Below, piece by piece: positions 21,032-30,908 of a DNA stretch of 64,000 nucleotides. The notes beneath the pieces are model-generated. The model made no database searches. It saw only the letters and a program-made list of their open reading frames with translations, and had not been told where the DNA came from. The stretch is taken from assembly GCA_964446755.1 (NCBI GenBank), contig CAYUQC010000001.1:9806-73805 (forward strand), read 5' to 3'. This stretch comes from an uncultured Methanosarcinales archaeon. GTDB taxonomy: Archaea; Halobacteriota; Methanosarcinia; Methanosarcinales; Methanosarcinaceae. Made by a program: the position numbers and the translations under genes. Within the stretch, counting starts at the first letter, position 1; the number at the start of each line of letters is the position of its first letter.

Positions 21032-22195
21032 ATGGACAAAAAAACGTATGTGGTATTTGCGGCAATATTGGCTGTTCTTTTGCTTTTCGGCGGAACGGCG
21101 GCGGCAGATAATCCGACCGATAAATCGGTATTGGAATATTTAATTCAGATTGCATATGAAGAAGGGAACGACCCCAACATTATACCTGCGGCAAAGGAAA
21201 ATCTGAATAGAGAGATTGCTGCTGCGAAACTCGTTCTTGATGACGATTCGGCTACACAAACAGAAATTAATGCAGCTGCAACCGCATTACTGGATGCAAT
21301 AGCATCTCTTCTTCGTGGAGGGGATAAAACTGCGCTCATCGCATTGATTGACGAATGTGAAGTGACTTATGCAGATGAAAGCAAATTCACACCCGAAAGC
21401 TGGGTAGCCTTTATGCAAGCGCTTAATGATGCGAGAGAGATCAGAGACAACGAAAACGCGATGCAGACCGATGTCGACAACGCATATGATAAACTCAACA
21501 CCAGCCGCAACAATCTGAGAGCGAGCGCAGATAAAACCGCACTTATCGAATTAATAAAAGAATGTCAAATAATCGTAAACGGTGGAAATATATACACTCC
21601 TGAAAGCTGGGAGAGTTTTGTAAGTGAGCTGACAAATGCCAAAACTATTGCAGAAGACAGCGACGCGACACAGGCTGAAGTTGATCATGCATATGATAGT
21701 CTGAGAGACAGTCGCGATGGTTTGACATTGAAATGGGTCCCTGCAGACAAAAGCGCACTCATCGAATTAGTAAATGAATGTGAAACAACCTACACAGATA
21801 AAAATAAATTTACACCGGAGTCTTGGAACCCGTATCAAGATGCATTGATGAATGCGCATGCAGTTATTGACAATTACCCTGCGACACAAGCAGAAGTTGA
21901 TGCTGCATATGATATATTGAATAATAACCGTCCCGATCTGAAACAGACCCAGGGCGAAAATAAAAATACCGGAAAAGGTTCCGGCACAGGCCAAGCCGCT
22001 GTCATCGACCCGGTCAACAATTCAGGACCCGTTCAGAATGAAACCCCCGGCGCATCTTATTCCAACGACATTGAAGAACGGCCGGAAGAAGAGAGTCCGA
22101 AAGGGATCTTCCTGTTCCCCTGGCTGATCTTGTTGGTTTTGATTGTCGCCGGCGTTATTTACTACCGGAATTACAGAAATTCAAAAGATGAATAA
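21032..22195 (+). CDS. Cell-surface protein with four FIVAR-like helical repeats
   Basis: Signal peptide (TAAA), repeats DKxAL...TPESW...ATQAEVDxAY, linker, C-terminal TM plus basic tail. Confidence 0.8.
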   Translation: MDKKTYVVFAAILAVLLLFGGTAAADNPTDKSVLEYLIQIAYEEGNDPNIIPAAKENLNREIAAAKLVLDDDSATQTEINAAATALLDAIASLLRGGDKTALIALIDECEVTYADESKFTPESWVAFMQALNDAREIRDNENAMQTDVDNAYDKLNTSRNNLRASADKTALIELIKECQIIVNGGNIYTPESWESFVSELTNAKTIAEDSDATQAEVDHAYDSLRDSRDGLTLKWVPADKSALIELVNECETTYTDKNKFTPESWNPYQDALMNAHAVIDNYPATQAEVDAAYDILNNNRPDLKQTQGENKNTGKGSGTGQAAVIDPVNNSGPVQNETPGASYSNDIEERPEEESPKGIFLFPWLILLVLIVAGVIYYRNYRNSKDE

Positions 22196-22204
22196 AATAA
22201 AACG

Positions 22205-22237
22205 TGAACTGCGTTTCAGCAGTTCATTCCTTTTTTC
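22205..22237 (+). terminator. Terminator of the FIVAR gene
   Basis: TGAACTGC-gtttca-GCAGTTCA followed by a T-run. Confidence 0.6.
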
Positions 22238-22289
22238 ATTACAACAAAAAACAAAATCTTTTTTTCTTTTTAAAAACCGAAAAACGAAC

Positions 22290-22587
22290 AGTTTGACAGC
22301 AGCTGCATCATTTCGGGGAGTGCAGCGCTGCCGTGTGACTGATACCGCTTCCACCGCATTTATACCGGGGGGAATGAAATGCTTTCGCGGGGACGAAGTG
22401 AAAGCGGATTTCGTTGTGTGTGTATGTTTTATGGTTCGTACGGATTTTGATGAACGTAAATCCGGCACAACTTTTTAGAAGAAAGAAAGCCGTGAACGGT
22501 GCTTCGAACCGATACTTTATCGGCAGGATTTAAGACATTCAGGATTGGAGGTCTTGAGAATATCCTTAAATCAAGTAAAATTGTGCA
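22290..22587 (-). ncRNA. Candidate structured non-coding RNA of about 300 nt
   Basis: No convincing ORF; consecutive stems at 22297-22330, 22345-22407, 22441-22464, 22509-22523 and 22525-22566; TATA box at 22609-22616 on the minus strand. Strand evidence from G-U pairs is mixed. Confidence 0.35.
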
Positions 22588-22617
22588 ATTTTGAATAGAT
22601 TTTGATTGTATATAAAG
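22572..22617 (-). promoter_or_regulatory. TATA box plus conserved 16-mer (copy 1)
   Basis: Minus strand CTTTATATA-N21-TGCACAATTTTACTTG; same arrangement at 32813-32860. Confidence 0.55.
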
Positions 22618-22783
22618 TTTATTTAGATTTTAAAAACGGAATGATAAATCTTTAAAAACGAAATTCTGATTATTTTTTAAAAAAATAAAACAAATTAAAT
22701 TGGATTGTTTTAAAAAATAAAATCTGAAAAAGAGAAAATGATAACTGCCGGAATCCGGCAATTATTCATTTCAATTTGTCTCG

Positions 22784-25700
22784 TTACAGATTCCTTCTCC
22801 GCGTGCCGTAGAAGACTGCACCGACCGCCAATATAACAAAGGCGATGGCGATCATGCTTGACGTTGAGAAAGTCGGATTTTGGATGAACTCACGGACCGA
22901 ATGAGCCACATTCGTAACAGTCATCTCAAACCCGCTGACTTCAGCGGTCGGGGTTCCGGTTTCCGTGCCGTCAAGACCGACGCCGGGGTTTTGTCCGCCT
23001 TCGTCGGATTCTTCGCCGTCCTCAGCAGACTCGCCGCCGGAAGACTCACCGGATTCAACAACGGTTGCTGAGCCGAAACCGCCGCCGGAAGAGGAGGACT
23101 GGTTTTTATTATCATCCACTTTAATGGAGGGTTTGTCACGTTCCGTGGCCTGCTTAACAATCTCCCAGTATTTCTCCTGCTCCTCGGCGGTTAAACCGAG
23201 AACGGACATTTGACCGGCAATGAACTGATCCAGCGCCGGATTACCGCATGTGTGGTGGCAGCAGGCGACACCGGCTTCTAACACGGAGTTCACATAGGCT
23301 TCCAACAACTCTTTCTGCTGGGAATCCGTTGCGTCCCAGTAACCGTTGCGTATTGCTTCAATCATTCGTCCGGTCATGGACTGGTAAGAATAAACATACT
23401 TGTCGTCACCTTCCAAAATGCCGCTTGTGATGTAGGTTTCCATGATTTGGCTCCAAACCTGGTCGCTGACAAGTTCACCGTTTGTCGCAACACTCCAGCC
23501 GAAAAGATTCTCGATGAATTCCGCCATCATGGAAGAACCGGAATATCCGGACTCCATCATGCCCTGAATCCACTCCGGATTCAGGTAGCGTGAATCAAGA
23601 TCCTTTTTGATGGCTTCCTGCATCGTTGTAACGAGCTTGTCACCCGGCCGGTAATTTGCCACATTGCTGGTATCAGCCATATACATCTCCGGCAGTTTGC
23701 CGCCGTAATATTGAGAAACCATGTTCATGATACCGAAATACTGGTAAACGTCGTCATTGTCAAGCGTGTCATACAGATTGGATGACGAAGCAAACATCGA
23801 AGCATCAGCACGCATCAAAAGCTGTTTGAGAACTTCCGACATGGCTTTATTCATTGCTTCGCTGCCGGCGCTGCCCCACATTTCGTCATTGTAGATATAA
23901 CCCATCTTACTCAGATACAGGTCAACAATATCCTTTTGAGCTTGTTCGGAATCAGAATCCCACGAGCCGCTTGAACTGACCAGATTACCGGTGCCGATTT
24001 CATACGTCCCCAACTCCTGAGCAAATGTACGTGCCAAGGCCAGCTGTTCAATCTGTTCGTCGGATAATTCCGGATTGGAGGCTTTTAATGCGGCTTTGAT
24101 GGAATTGGTATTTTTCTGGATGTTGTTTTCAATCGGATCATTTTCCAGCGCATAAACGGCGCGGATGGCTTTATCAATATAACGGATCGCAGACGGATAA
24201 GAATCACGCATGCCGGCTGTGGTGTAGATGATATCAACACGCGGCCGCTCCACTACTGTTCCGTTTGAAAGCGTGACCTTAAACATATCATGGTTTTTAT
24301 CCGTTACCGGATAAGCACCCGTGAAAGTACCCGTTCCGGTATATTGGTTGCCTGACCAAGTCGGCTCGCAGCCGAGCAGATAATAGATACAGGCTTCAAG
24401 AGCACCTTCATCACGAATGAATTCAACACCGAAACGTGTAAAAGAAACCATCTTCGGGAATTCGCCGTGCTTCTCGTAATAATCGGCCAGCATCTGTTCA
24501 CCCATCGCCTGGCCGACTTCCCAGGCAGCCCGCGTCGGATAAGTGTTCGGATCGATACCGTAGAAATTACGGCCCGTCGGAAGGATGCCCGGATTCTGAA
24601 TAGGATCGTTGCCTGTTGTCGGCGGAATGTAACCTGCAGACAGGGCGTTGAGCAACGCATGCATTTCCCCGTCACCGCAGGACTGCAGATTGGGTGCGAA
24701 AGAGTGGCGCTGGTAAGCTGTCGCATAATCAATGACGGGCTGATTGATCCAAGTCTGTGTCGTATAGCCGTTGATATTGAAGGCCTTTGTCAAAGCAGCA
24801 TCAATCGCAGCTGCAGCGTCCGTTCCGTTGTCCATATTGTCGACGAACTCGTCGACGAATTTCTCAAAAGCCGTATTAAACTTCGTTTGATTGAATCTGC
24901 CGTCGGTTGCAACACTCGCCGGAACGAAATCCGTACAAAGCTCTTCAATGATCACATCATCCACATTACAGCTGCGCCAGTCTGCTTTGAGTTGAGCTTT
25001 CAGCTCATCGCCTGTTAAACTGCTGTCTTCATAGTATTTGACCGGACCGCGGATGAACAGTTCAATCGACTCAAGCTCTGCAGGTGTTGCGTCTCCGAGA
25101 GTTGCTTTTAAAGCATCCTGAATGTCGGCGCCGTTCACGTACATGGTCGTGAAATTTTGAACGTCAGAATCGGATTTGCCGTCGTAGTAGTAACCGCCCC
25201 CACCGTCAGAAACCGGTTCATACGGAATGGTCAGGCCTTCCGGCAGATCTTTGAAGTACACCGACCGGATGAGCTCTTCAAACCGGTAATTGCCCCACAT
25301 GGCGCGGACCATGTAAGCGGTTCTGTTGTCATCCGGAGACTGACCGTAGACATGCATGCCGTACGGCAGAGCATTTCCCATGACACTGTCCAAATAATTA
25401 TGAACCTGGTTTTTCAGAAGATTGCTGAATTCCGTGTCGCTGACAAGCGTTGTATTAAGCAGGATGTTTTTCACTTTTTCATCCGTCACTGTTCCGCTGA
25501 CCTGTTTCTCATAAACGGACAGGTCAAGCGCCTCATGAACACCGGAACTGTAGATCATATCAATGATGTTGAGCCGATATTCGTAAGACAGCGATGTATT
25601 CATGTTGCCCATGGAAGCTTGTTTGATGAAACTCTGAATTTCCGAATCCAAATCCGCCAGCTCGCCGTAAAGACCGCTGCGGATCATTGCCGGCGTCAGA

Positions 25701-28700
25701 TGATCAATAATTAGAGCATTTCCCCTGTACTCGGCCGTTAATCCTTCACCGACGTTTGCAACGATATACGGATAGATATTCGGAAGGCGGCCAAGCAAAA
25801 TCGGACTCCAGTCGATTCCCTGCTGCATACCGATCGCAGTTCCCGGAAGCCATTCCTGTGTACCGTGAGTACCGAAGTGAACGACAGCATCCGGTTTCCA
25901 ATCCTGTGCAATGAAATCATATTCGGAGTTGGCCTCCATCCCGCGGTTCATCCAGAAGTAAAAGGCAACATACTGATGAGTGGGTGCCATATCGCCGTGG
26001 TAGTCGGTGCTGGAGATCGAGGCATTCAGCGCCTGCGAGCTGGCCAGAGCACGGTCCGGCTGCGGCAAAATCCAAACATGACCCATGCGGACGGCGGAGA
26101 AGACGAAATACCGTTCACCGGCGCTGCCGAAGTAACCGTCTTTGTCCTCCCAGATCATACCGCTTTGGTCTTTGGGTAATTCAACGGAAGTGTCCCACGG
26201 TTCACCCCACGTGTCAATGAGTTCTTCACGGAGGTCATCGCTGATTTCAGTTTCATCGAACCACTCTTTGTAAACGGAAACAGGCAAAAGCTGGCAGCCC
26301 CACCAGTCTTCATGACTGCCGCCGTTCTTCAGGAAAGTAATATACTCCTGAACCATGCCGTCCAGAACACCGGGCGCATGCGAACCGACATTGATGCCCT
26401 GCGAAAGCATCAGGTACATGACGTTATCTTCGGTCATGACTTTATCACGCCACGCTGCTTCACCGCCGCCGTCGTAATATTCAAAAGAATAACCGCCGCT
26501 GCCGTCTTTTAAAGGCGTTGCGACCGGAAGCCGGGTAAAGTTGACGTCATAGTTACCGAGTTCTTGGCCGGTGGCCGGGTCAAGGTAACTGTCATTCATC
26601 GTCCGCAGAATACCCGGATATGAGTCGGTTCCGGAGAAACTGCGCATCACGTTGAGATAATTGGCACCGATGTCGGCTTTACCCGGCGGATAGTTGTAAT
26701 ACAGAATCGCGATATCCTTCTGCGAATTCTCTTTCTGGTTTAAGAACGCCCATGCAGCGGCACGTTCCGCCATCCAGTCAATCTGCGCCTGAACACCGAC
26801 AGGGCCGTTGTCCATGTAACCGAGATAGGTGAACTCAAAAATACCGTCACGGTTCGGTGACAGTGTCATTCTCGCGCCGTTTGTGGCATCAACCATGTTA
26901 TTGACGTCGGAAATGTTGGTCATTTTGTCCTTACTCACCGTTGCAAAGAAACCTTTCAGAACAGGAATGTTCATTTCCTCCAATTGGCGGACGCCTTCTT
27001 CATAATCCCAGTAGTTCAAACCGAAATTCTTGATGGAGATGGCCGTATCGATCTGCTTCGTTTGACCTTCCGAATCCGTCCATGTATAATAAGACGGAAT
27101 TTCATCAAATGTTTCGTAACCGGCAATGACGTTTACGCCTTCTTTTTCAAGAGCGTAAATCAAGGCATCCGTCCCCTGTCCGATATCTGAAGAAAACATC
27201 CAAATACCGACAGTCGGCCTTTCGGGATCGAAATATCCGTTCTTGGTCGCCCAGGTGATGTAAGTATCCAGATCCGAAAAGAGGACCCTGGAAGCGCCTG
27301 AAGAGGGATGGAAATAACCTGCATCTCCGGCGGCGCCTGAATTATCCGTATAGGTCCAGGATTTAACTCTGTTGTGACCGTAATCCTGAACCAGGCCGAA
27401 TAAATATTCATTGCTGGCTTTCTGATCCTCGTCTCCGAGACCGAAAGTGAGCAAAAGACTTTGATTTCCGGAATCGGCAACAAAGGGCAGATTTGCGGGC
27501 TGCCAAAGAAGGCTGGTTTTACCGATCAATACAACATTTGTAGCTGGATTGCTTTTTGCAGCCTTTTCAATTTCATCCAGATAATTCATATGTGTGTAAA
27601 GCACTGTTGCGGGCCTGCCGGTTTCCGGATCTCTTACGAGATAAGACTCCCCCTCAATTCCGTCGAAAAGAATGATATCGTAATGATTTTCTTTCAGGTG
27701 GTTGTTAATCGAATCAATCTGAGCACGCTCCCATTCTTCCAATCCGTCAGTTGTCGCGTTTGTTTTGTATCCGAATAATTCTTCGAATTGGCCGGAGGTT
27801 TCATTGTAAGGAAGAATACTCCAGTTGGCTGCGTCGCCGTAAACACCGGCATTGAATTTTTTCACCGTATCTGAGAAATTGGAAGCGTCCTTGCCGACAT
27901 ACAAAACATTCAAAGGCTTTTCCGCCTTGAGTTCACTCGGAAGCTTATCTTCGGGAGCGTGTTTTTTTGCCGCTTCAAGCAGGAATTTTTCACCCCACAA
28001 AGCCGATGCCGTTGAAACGTTGTTGTTAATCAGCATCTGTTTATAGTATTTGTAAAGCGTGGAATTCTTCTGAGCCTCGGTCGAAGAGAACGAAACGAAA
28101 TAATCCGGGGGCTCCGCATTGGATTCAAGTGAAACGAACACGGTTCCGGCATCTTTTCCTTTCTTTAAACTGTCGGAAATCGTTTCGTATTCCCCGAACA
28201 TATCAAAGAAAACAACATCATACGCGCTGAAATTTTCGGCAGCGGCCAAAAGTTCTTCAGTGACGGTATGTGACTCCGCATTGTAGCTGTAGACATAATC
28301 ATAATCGAAGTATCCGCAGTAATACATATCATCTGCGGCCATCTGAGCGCCGGTTAATTCATTTTCACCGACGAAAAGAATACGTATCCGGTCTTCGGGA
28401 GCGACTTTAACGGTCACATCAGCCTGAGCCGTAATTGTTGTCTGCTTAACTTCGATTGTTCCGGTTGTTGAGTTGTAAATATTTTCATCAAAAGTGACTT
28501 GTGCCGTAATAACGGCTTTTCCGGCATTATCTGCAGCGGCTGTCGGCGTAACCAAACCGTTGCTTGATATTGTGACAACCGATTCATTGGAAGACGACCA
28601 GATAATTTCTCCGGAGGAAGCGCCCAAAGGATGAGTAACACCGGTCAATTGAACGGAGTCGCCGCCGACAATTAAACTCAAATTCGCGTCACTCAAGAAG

Positions 28701-30811
28701 ATGCTTTGTGCCGGCATAATAACGTTTACTTCAACAGCCGCAGATTTTGAATCGTCCAAAGCCGATGTTGCGGAAATGTTGGCTTTACCGGGAGAATGCG
28801 CCCGGATGACGCCGAAATCATTAACGGATGCAACGGAAGGATTGTCCGAACTCCAAACAACACCGAAGACTTTCAGATTGTCACCCGAAACATCAACATT
28901 CATTTTAATGGTTGAGTTGACATTCATCGTCACGTCTCCCGGAAGAGTCACAGCCGACACATTTCCGGGATCGACATATTCCAAATCATAATAAATTTCT
29001 TTAAGATCGTAAAGCATTGCCGCCATTTCAACAGCCGTTGCATCAGGACTTGTAAGCATTGCTTCCGCATCGGAATATTTATCCGAAAAGGCAGTCCAGT
29101 TCTCGGCCGTATAGTCGTTGGAGTCTAAATGAGACTGTTTGTCGATGAAAACTTTCAAAGCTTCTTTTTCAATTTCGCCGCGTAAAATGAAATCTTCAAG
29201 TTTTTCTTGATTGGTATTCAGATTGAAAGCTTGGAGATAAGTTGCAAAAGTTGAATCTATCGGAGCACTATTTGAGAGATAATAAACGCCTGCAATAGGA
29301 GAAGTAGTATTGTTTGTCCCAACTGCGATGTGGGAACGGTTCGCTGAGACACTGCCAGTCCCCATTAAAGAGTTTTTAAGAAGGGCAGGGGTTATACGAC
29401 TAGAGTTTAATTGAACAACAGCAGATCCGTTATTTAAGCTTTGCAGATAGAGAGGTGAATAATAACCGGCATTCGCCGTAGATCCGGTCGTAAATACAAT
29501 ATCATATTGATTCAAGTCATTGTAAAGCAGATTTCTATTTGATGGTGTCTGAAAAAGACTTAAATTGCTGTAATCTTGCAAAACGGCAGAATCTGAATAA
29601 AAAGTTCCGTTGTTTACCAAAAATACATCCACATACTTACCCGCAGTAACATTGCAGACAGCGGGCAGTTTACTGTCAATGTTTGCAGAGATTTGCGCCG
29701 TGCCTTCCCCGACAGCCGTAACCGTCCCATACTCATCCACAACGGCAACAGATTCATTGTCAGATTCCCAGGTAACATTTACTCCGGAAGCAATGCCTAT
29801 ACTTGTTAATACGGTTGCATTGAGTTCTTTTTGACTGCCGAGTTTCATTTTAACATCAGATTCAGCAAGAATCACTTTTGAAATTCGAACATTTTCCGAA
29901 AGTTCTTTTTTCAATTTATGTGTCTCAAGAATATAATCCCGCGGTGAAGAAGTGGGATTCTCTAAAACGGCTTTTGCATCTTCTAAAACCGAAGAAGAAA
30001 CCGAAGAAGTTTCTGTTTTGTAAATCATTTTCCATAAAGCATGTTTTGCCAAAATCGGTGTAATTGCTTCACCTCTTTGAATAAGGGCAGTATCTGTCGG
30101 GATGGTACCCGCAGGGATTGAGACAGAATTAAAAGCATCATTAAATTCTTCTGCAAACGTCATATTAGAATGCCCGTAATTTCCCAAATATTCGGAAGAG
30201 AAGATGAAGTCCATATAATCAGGGATCAGAGCTTCGGGTGTACCTGATCCGATAGCAAGAAGCAAACTGCCGCTCTCATTACCATCCCAGATTGCGGAAG
30301 GCATCGGATCAACCCAATTCGTAGAGGCACCAGATCCGAGAATAATAACATCATATGAAGAAAAAGGAAGTGTTCCGACGAATTCTGCTGCAACAGCCCT
30401 ATCTATATTTGTTTTCAAAGTTGTTGCATTTATATACGGAACAGTTGAGAAATTGCCGGCATCTGTAAGCTGCAAAACTTCCAGCTTATCATTAAAAACG
30501 ATGATTTCACATAATTTGTTATATTGGCCGTTTCCTTCCAGATATATTACAGAAGTACCGGCTTCTTTTGCAACGGCCTTCTTGCCGTCGAGTTCAATAA
30601 CCCGCGGATTTCCGGAATACAGCGTTGATCCGGAAGAAGATGAAAGTTCGATGGTGTCGCCTTCCAAAAGGTAAATTTTAGAAGGATAAGAATCTTCAGC
30701 AACCGAAAAAGAAGTCAAAGTCAGAAACAAGCACAATAAGAGTGATAACATGAATATTTTTTGTATATATAGTGATTTTTTTCCCTTTTTTGAATAATTC
30801 AAGAATCCCAT
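22784..30811 (-). CDS. Giant surface-anchored CobN/Mg-chelatase-H-family protein with Ig-like (Big_2) and FIVAR domains
   Basis: Signal peptide; WxSxNxSVAxV Ig repeats; CobN motifs YYNYPPG, HFGTHGTQEWLPG, PNIYPY, TGRNFY, RPRVD, DDVYQY, RYLNPEWIQGMM, CCHHTC; Ser/Gly/Glu linker; C-terminal TM plus RRR. Confidence 0.88.
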   Translation of the reverse strand: MGFLNYSKKGKKSLYIQKIFMLSLLLCLFLTLTSFSVAEDSYPSKIYLLEGDTIELSSSSGSTLYSGNPRVIELDGKKAVAKEAGTSVIYLEGNGQYNKLCEIIVFNDKLEVLQLTDAGNFSTVPYINATTLKTNIDRAVAAEFVGTLPFSSYDVIILGSGASTNWVDPMPSAIWDGNESGSLLLAIGSGTPEALIPDYMDFIFSSEYLGNYGHSNMTFAEEFNDAFNSVSIPAGTIPTDTALIQRGEAITPILAKHALWKMIYKTETSSVSSSVLEDAKAVLENPTSSPRDYILETHKLKKELSENVRISKVILAESDVKMKLGSQKELNATVLTSIGIASGVNVTWESDNESVAVVDEYGTVTAVGEGTAQISANIDSKLPAVCNVTAGKYVDVFLVNNGTFYSDSAVLQDYSNLSLFQTPSNRNLLYNDLNQYDIVFTTGSTANAGYYSPLYLQSLNNGSAVVQLNSSRITPALLKNSLMGTGSVSANRSHIAVGTNNTTSPIAGVYYLSNSAPIDSTFATYLQAFNLNTNQEKLEDFILRGEIEKEALKVFIDKQSHLDSNDYTAENWTAFSDKYSDAEAMLTSPDATAVEMAAMLYDLKEIYYDLEYVDPGNVSAVTLPGDVTMNVNSTIKMNVDVSGDNLKVFGVVWSSDNPSVASVNDFGVIRAHSPGKANISATSALDDSKSAAVEVNVIMPAQSIFLSDANLSLIVGGDSVQLTGVTHPLGASSGEIIWSSSNESVVTISSNGLVTPTAAADNAGKAVITAQVTFDENIYNSTTGTIEVKQTTITAQADVTVKVAPEDRIRILFVGENELTGAQMAADDMYYCGYFDYDYVYSYNAESHTVTEELLAAAENFSAYDVVFFDMFGEYETISDSLKKGKDAGTVFVSLESNAEPPDYFVSFSSTEAQKNSTLYKYYKQMLINNNVSTASALWGEKFLLEAAKKHAPEDKLPSELKAEKPLNVLYVGKDASNFSDTVKKFNAGVYGDAANWSILPYNETSGQFEELFGYKTNATTDGLEEWERAQIDSINNHLKENHYDIILFDGIEGESYLVRDPETGRPATVLYTHMNYLDEIEKAAKSNPATNVVLIGKTSLLWQPANLPFVADSGNQSLLLTFGLGDEDQKASNEYLFGLVQDYGHNRVKSWTYTDNSGAAGDAGYFHPSSGASRVLFSDLDTYITWATKNGYFDPERPTVGIWMFSSDIGQGTDALIYALEKEGVNVIAGYETFDEIPSYYTWTDSEGQTKQIDTAISIKNFGLNYWDYEEGVRQLEEMNIPVLKGFFATVSKDKMTNISDVNNMVDATNGARMTLSPNRDGIFEFTYLGYMDNGPVGVQAQIDWMAERAAAWAFLNQKENSQKDIAILYYNYPPGKADIGANYLNVMRSFSGTDSYPGILRTMNDSYLDPATGQELGNYDVNFTRLPVATPLKDGSGGYSFEYYDGGGEAAWRDKVMTEDNVMYLMLSQGINVGSHAPGVLDGMVQEYITFLKNGGSHEDWWGCQLLPVSVYKEWFDETEISDDLREELIDTWGEPWDTSVELPKDQSGMIWEDKDGYFGSAGERYFVFSAVRMGHVWILPQPDRALASSQALNASISSTDYHGDMAPTHQYVAFYFWMNRGMEANSEYDFIAQDWKPDAVVHFGTHGTQEWLPGTAIGMQQGIDWSPILLGRLPNIYPYIVANVGEGLTAEYRGNALIIDHLTPAMIRSGLYGELADLDSEIQSFIKQASMGNMNTSLSYEYRLNIIDMIYSSGVHEALDLSVYEKQVSGTVTDEKVKNILLNTTLVSDTEFSNLLKNQVHNYLDSVMGNALPYGMHVYGQSPDDNRTAYMVRAMWGNYRFEELIRSVYFKDLPEGLTIPYEPVSDGGGGYYYDGKSDSDVQNFTTMYVNGADIQDALKATLGDATPAELESIELFIRGPVKYYEDSSLTGDELKAQLKADWRSCNVDDVIIEELCTDFVPASVATDGRFNQTKFNTAFEKFVDEFVDNMDNGTDAAAAIDAALTKAFNINGYTTQTWINQPVIDYATAYQRHSFAPNLQSCGDGEMHALLNALSAGYIPPTTGNDPIQNPGILPTGRNFYGIDPNTYPTRAAWEVGQAMGEQMLADYYEKHGEFPKMVSFTRFGVEFIRDEGALEACIYYLLGCEPTWSGNQYTGTGTFTGAYPVTDKNHDMFKVTLSNGTVVERPRVDIIYTTAGMRDSYPSAIRYIDKAIRAVYALENDPIENNIQKNTNSIKAALKASNPELSDEQIEQLALARTFAQELGTYEIGTGNLVSSSGSWDSDSEQAQKDIVDLYLSKMGYIYNDEMWGSAGSEAMNKAMSEVLKQLLMRADASMFASSSNLYDTLDNDDVYQYFGIMNMVSQYYGGKLPEMYMADTSNVANYRPGDKLVTTMQEAIKKDLDSRYLNPEWIQGMMESGYSGSSMMAEFIENLFGWSVATNGELVSDQVWSQIMETYITSGILEGDDKYVYSYQSMTGRMIEAIRNGYWDATDSQQKELLEAYVNSVLEAGVACCHHTCGNPALDQFIAGQMSVLGLTAEEQEKYWEIVKQATERDKPSIKVDDNKNQSSSSGGGFGSATVVESGESSGGESAEDGEESDEGGQNPGVGLDGTETGTPTAEVSGFEMTVTNVAHSVREFIQNPTFSTSSMIAIAFVILAVGAVFYGTRRRNL

Positions 30812-30862
30812 ATCAGATTCCTCCCTAGAAACACATGTGAATGAACCGTTTTTTAATAAAAT

Positions 30863-30892
30863 AAAAACGGATTTTGAAAGAATTCAAAATCC
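30863..30892 (-). terminator. Intercistronic hairpin (possible attenuator or processing site)
   Basis: CGGATTTTGAA-agaa/TTCAAAATCCG inverted repeat next to an A-rich run (U-rich on minus), between the two co-oriented genes. Confidence 0.5.
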
Positions 30893-30908
30893 GAAATTAA
30901 ATGTCAAA

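Noticed and set aside
22290-22587. SRP RNA or RNase P RNA
   Set aside because: No SRP helix-8 motif and no RNase P GAGGAAAGTCC signature on either strand.
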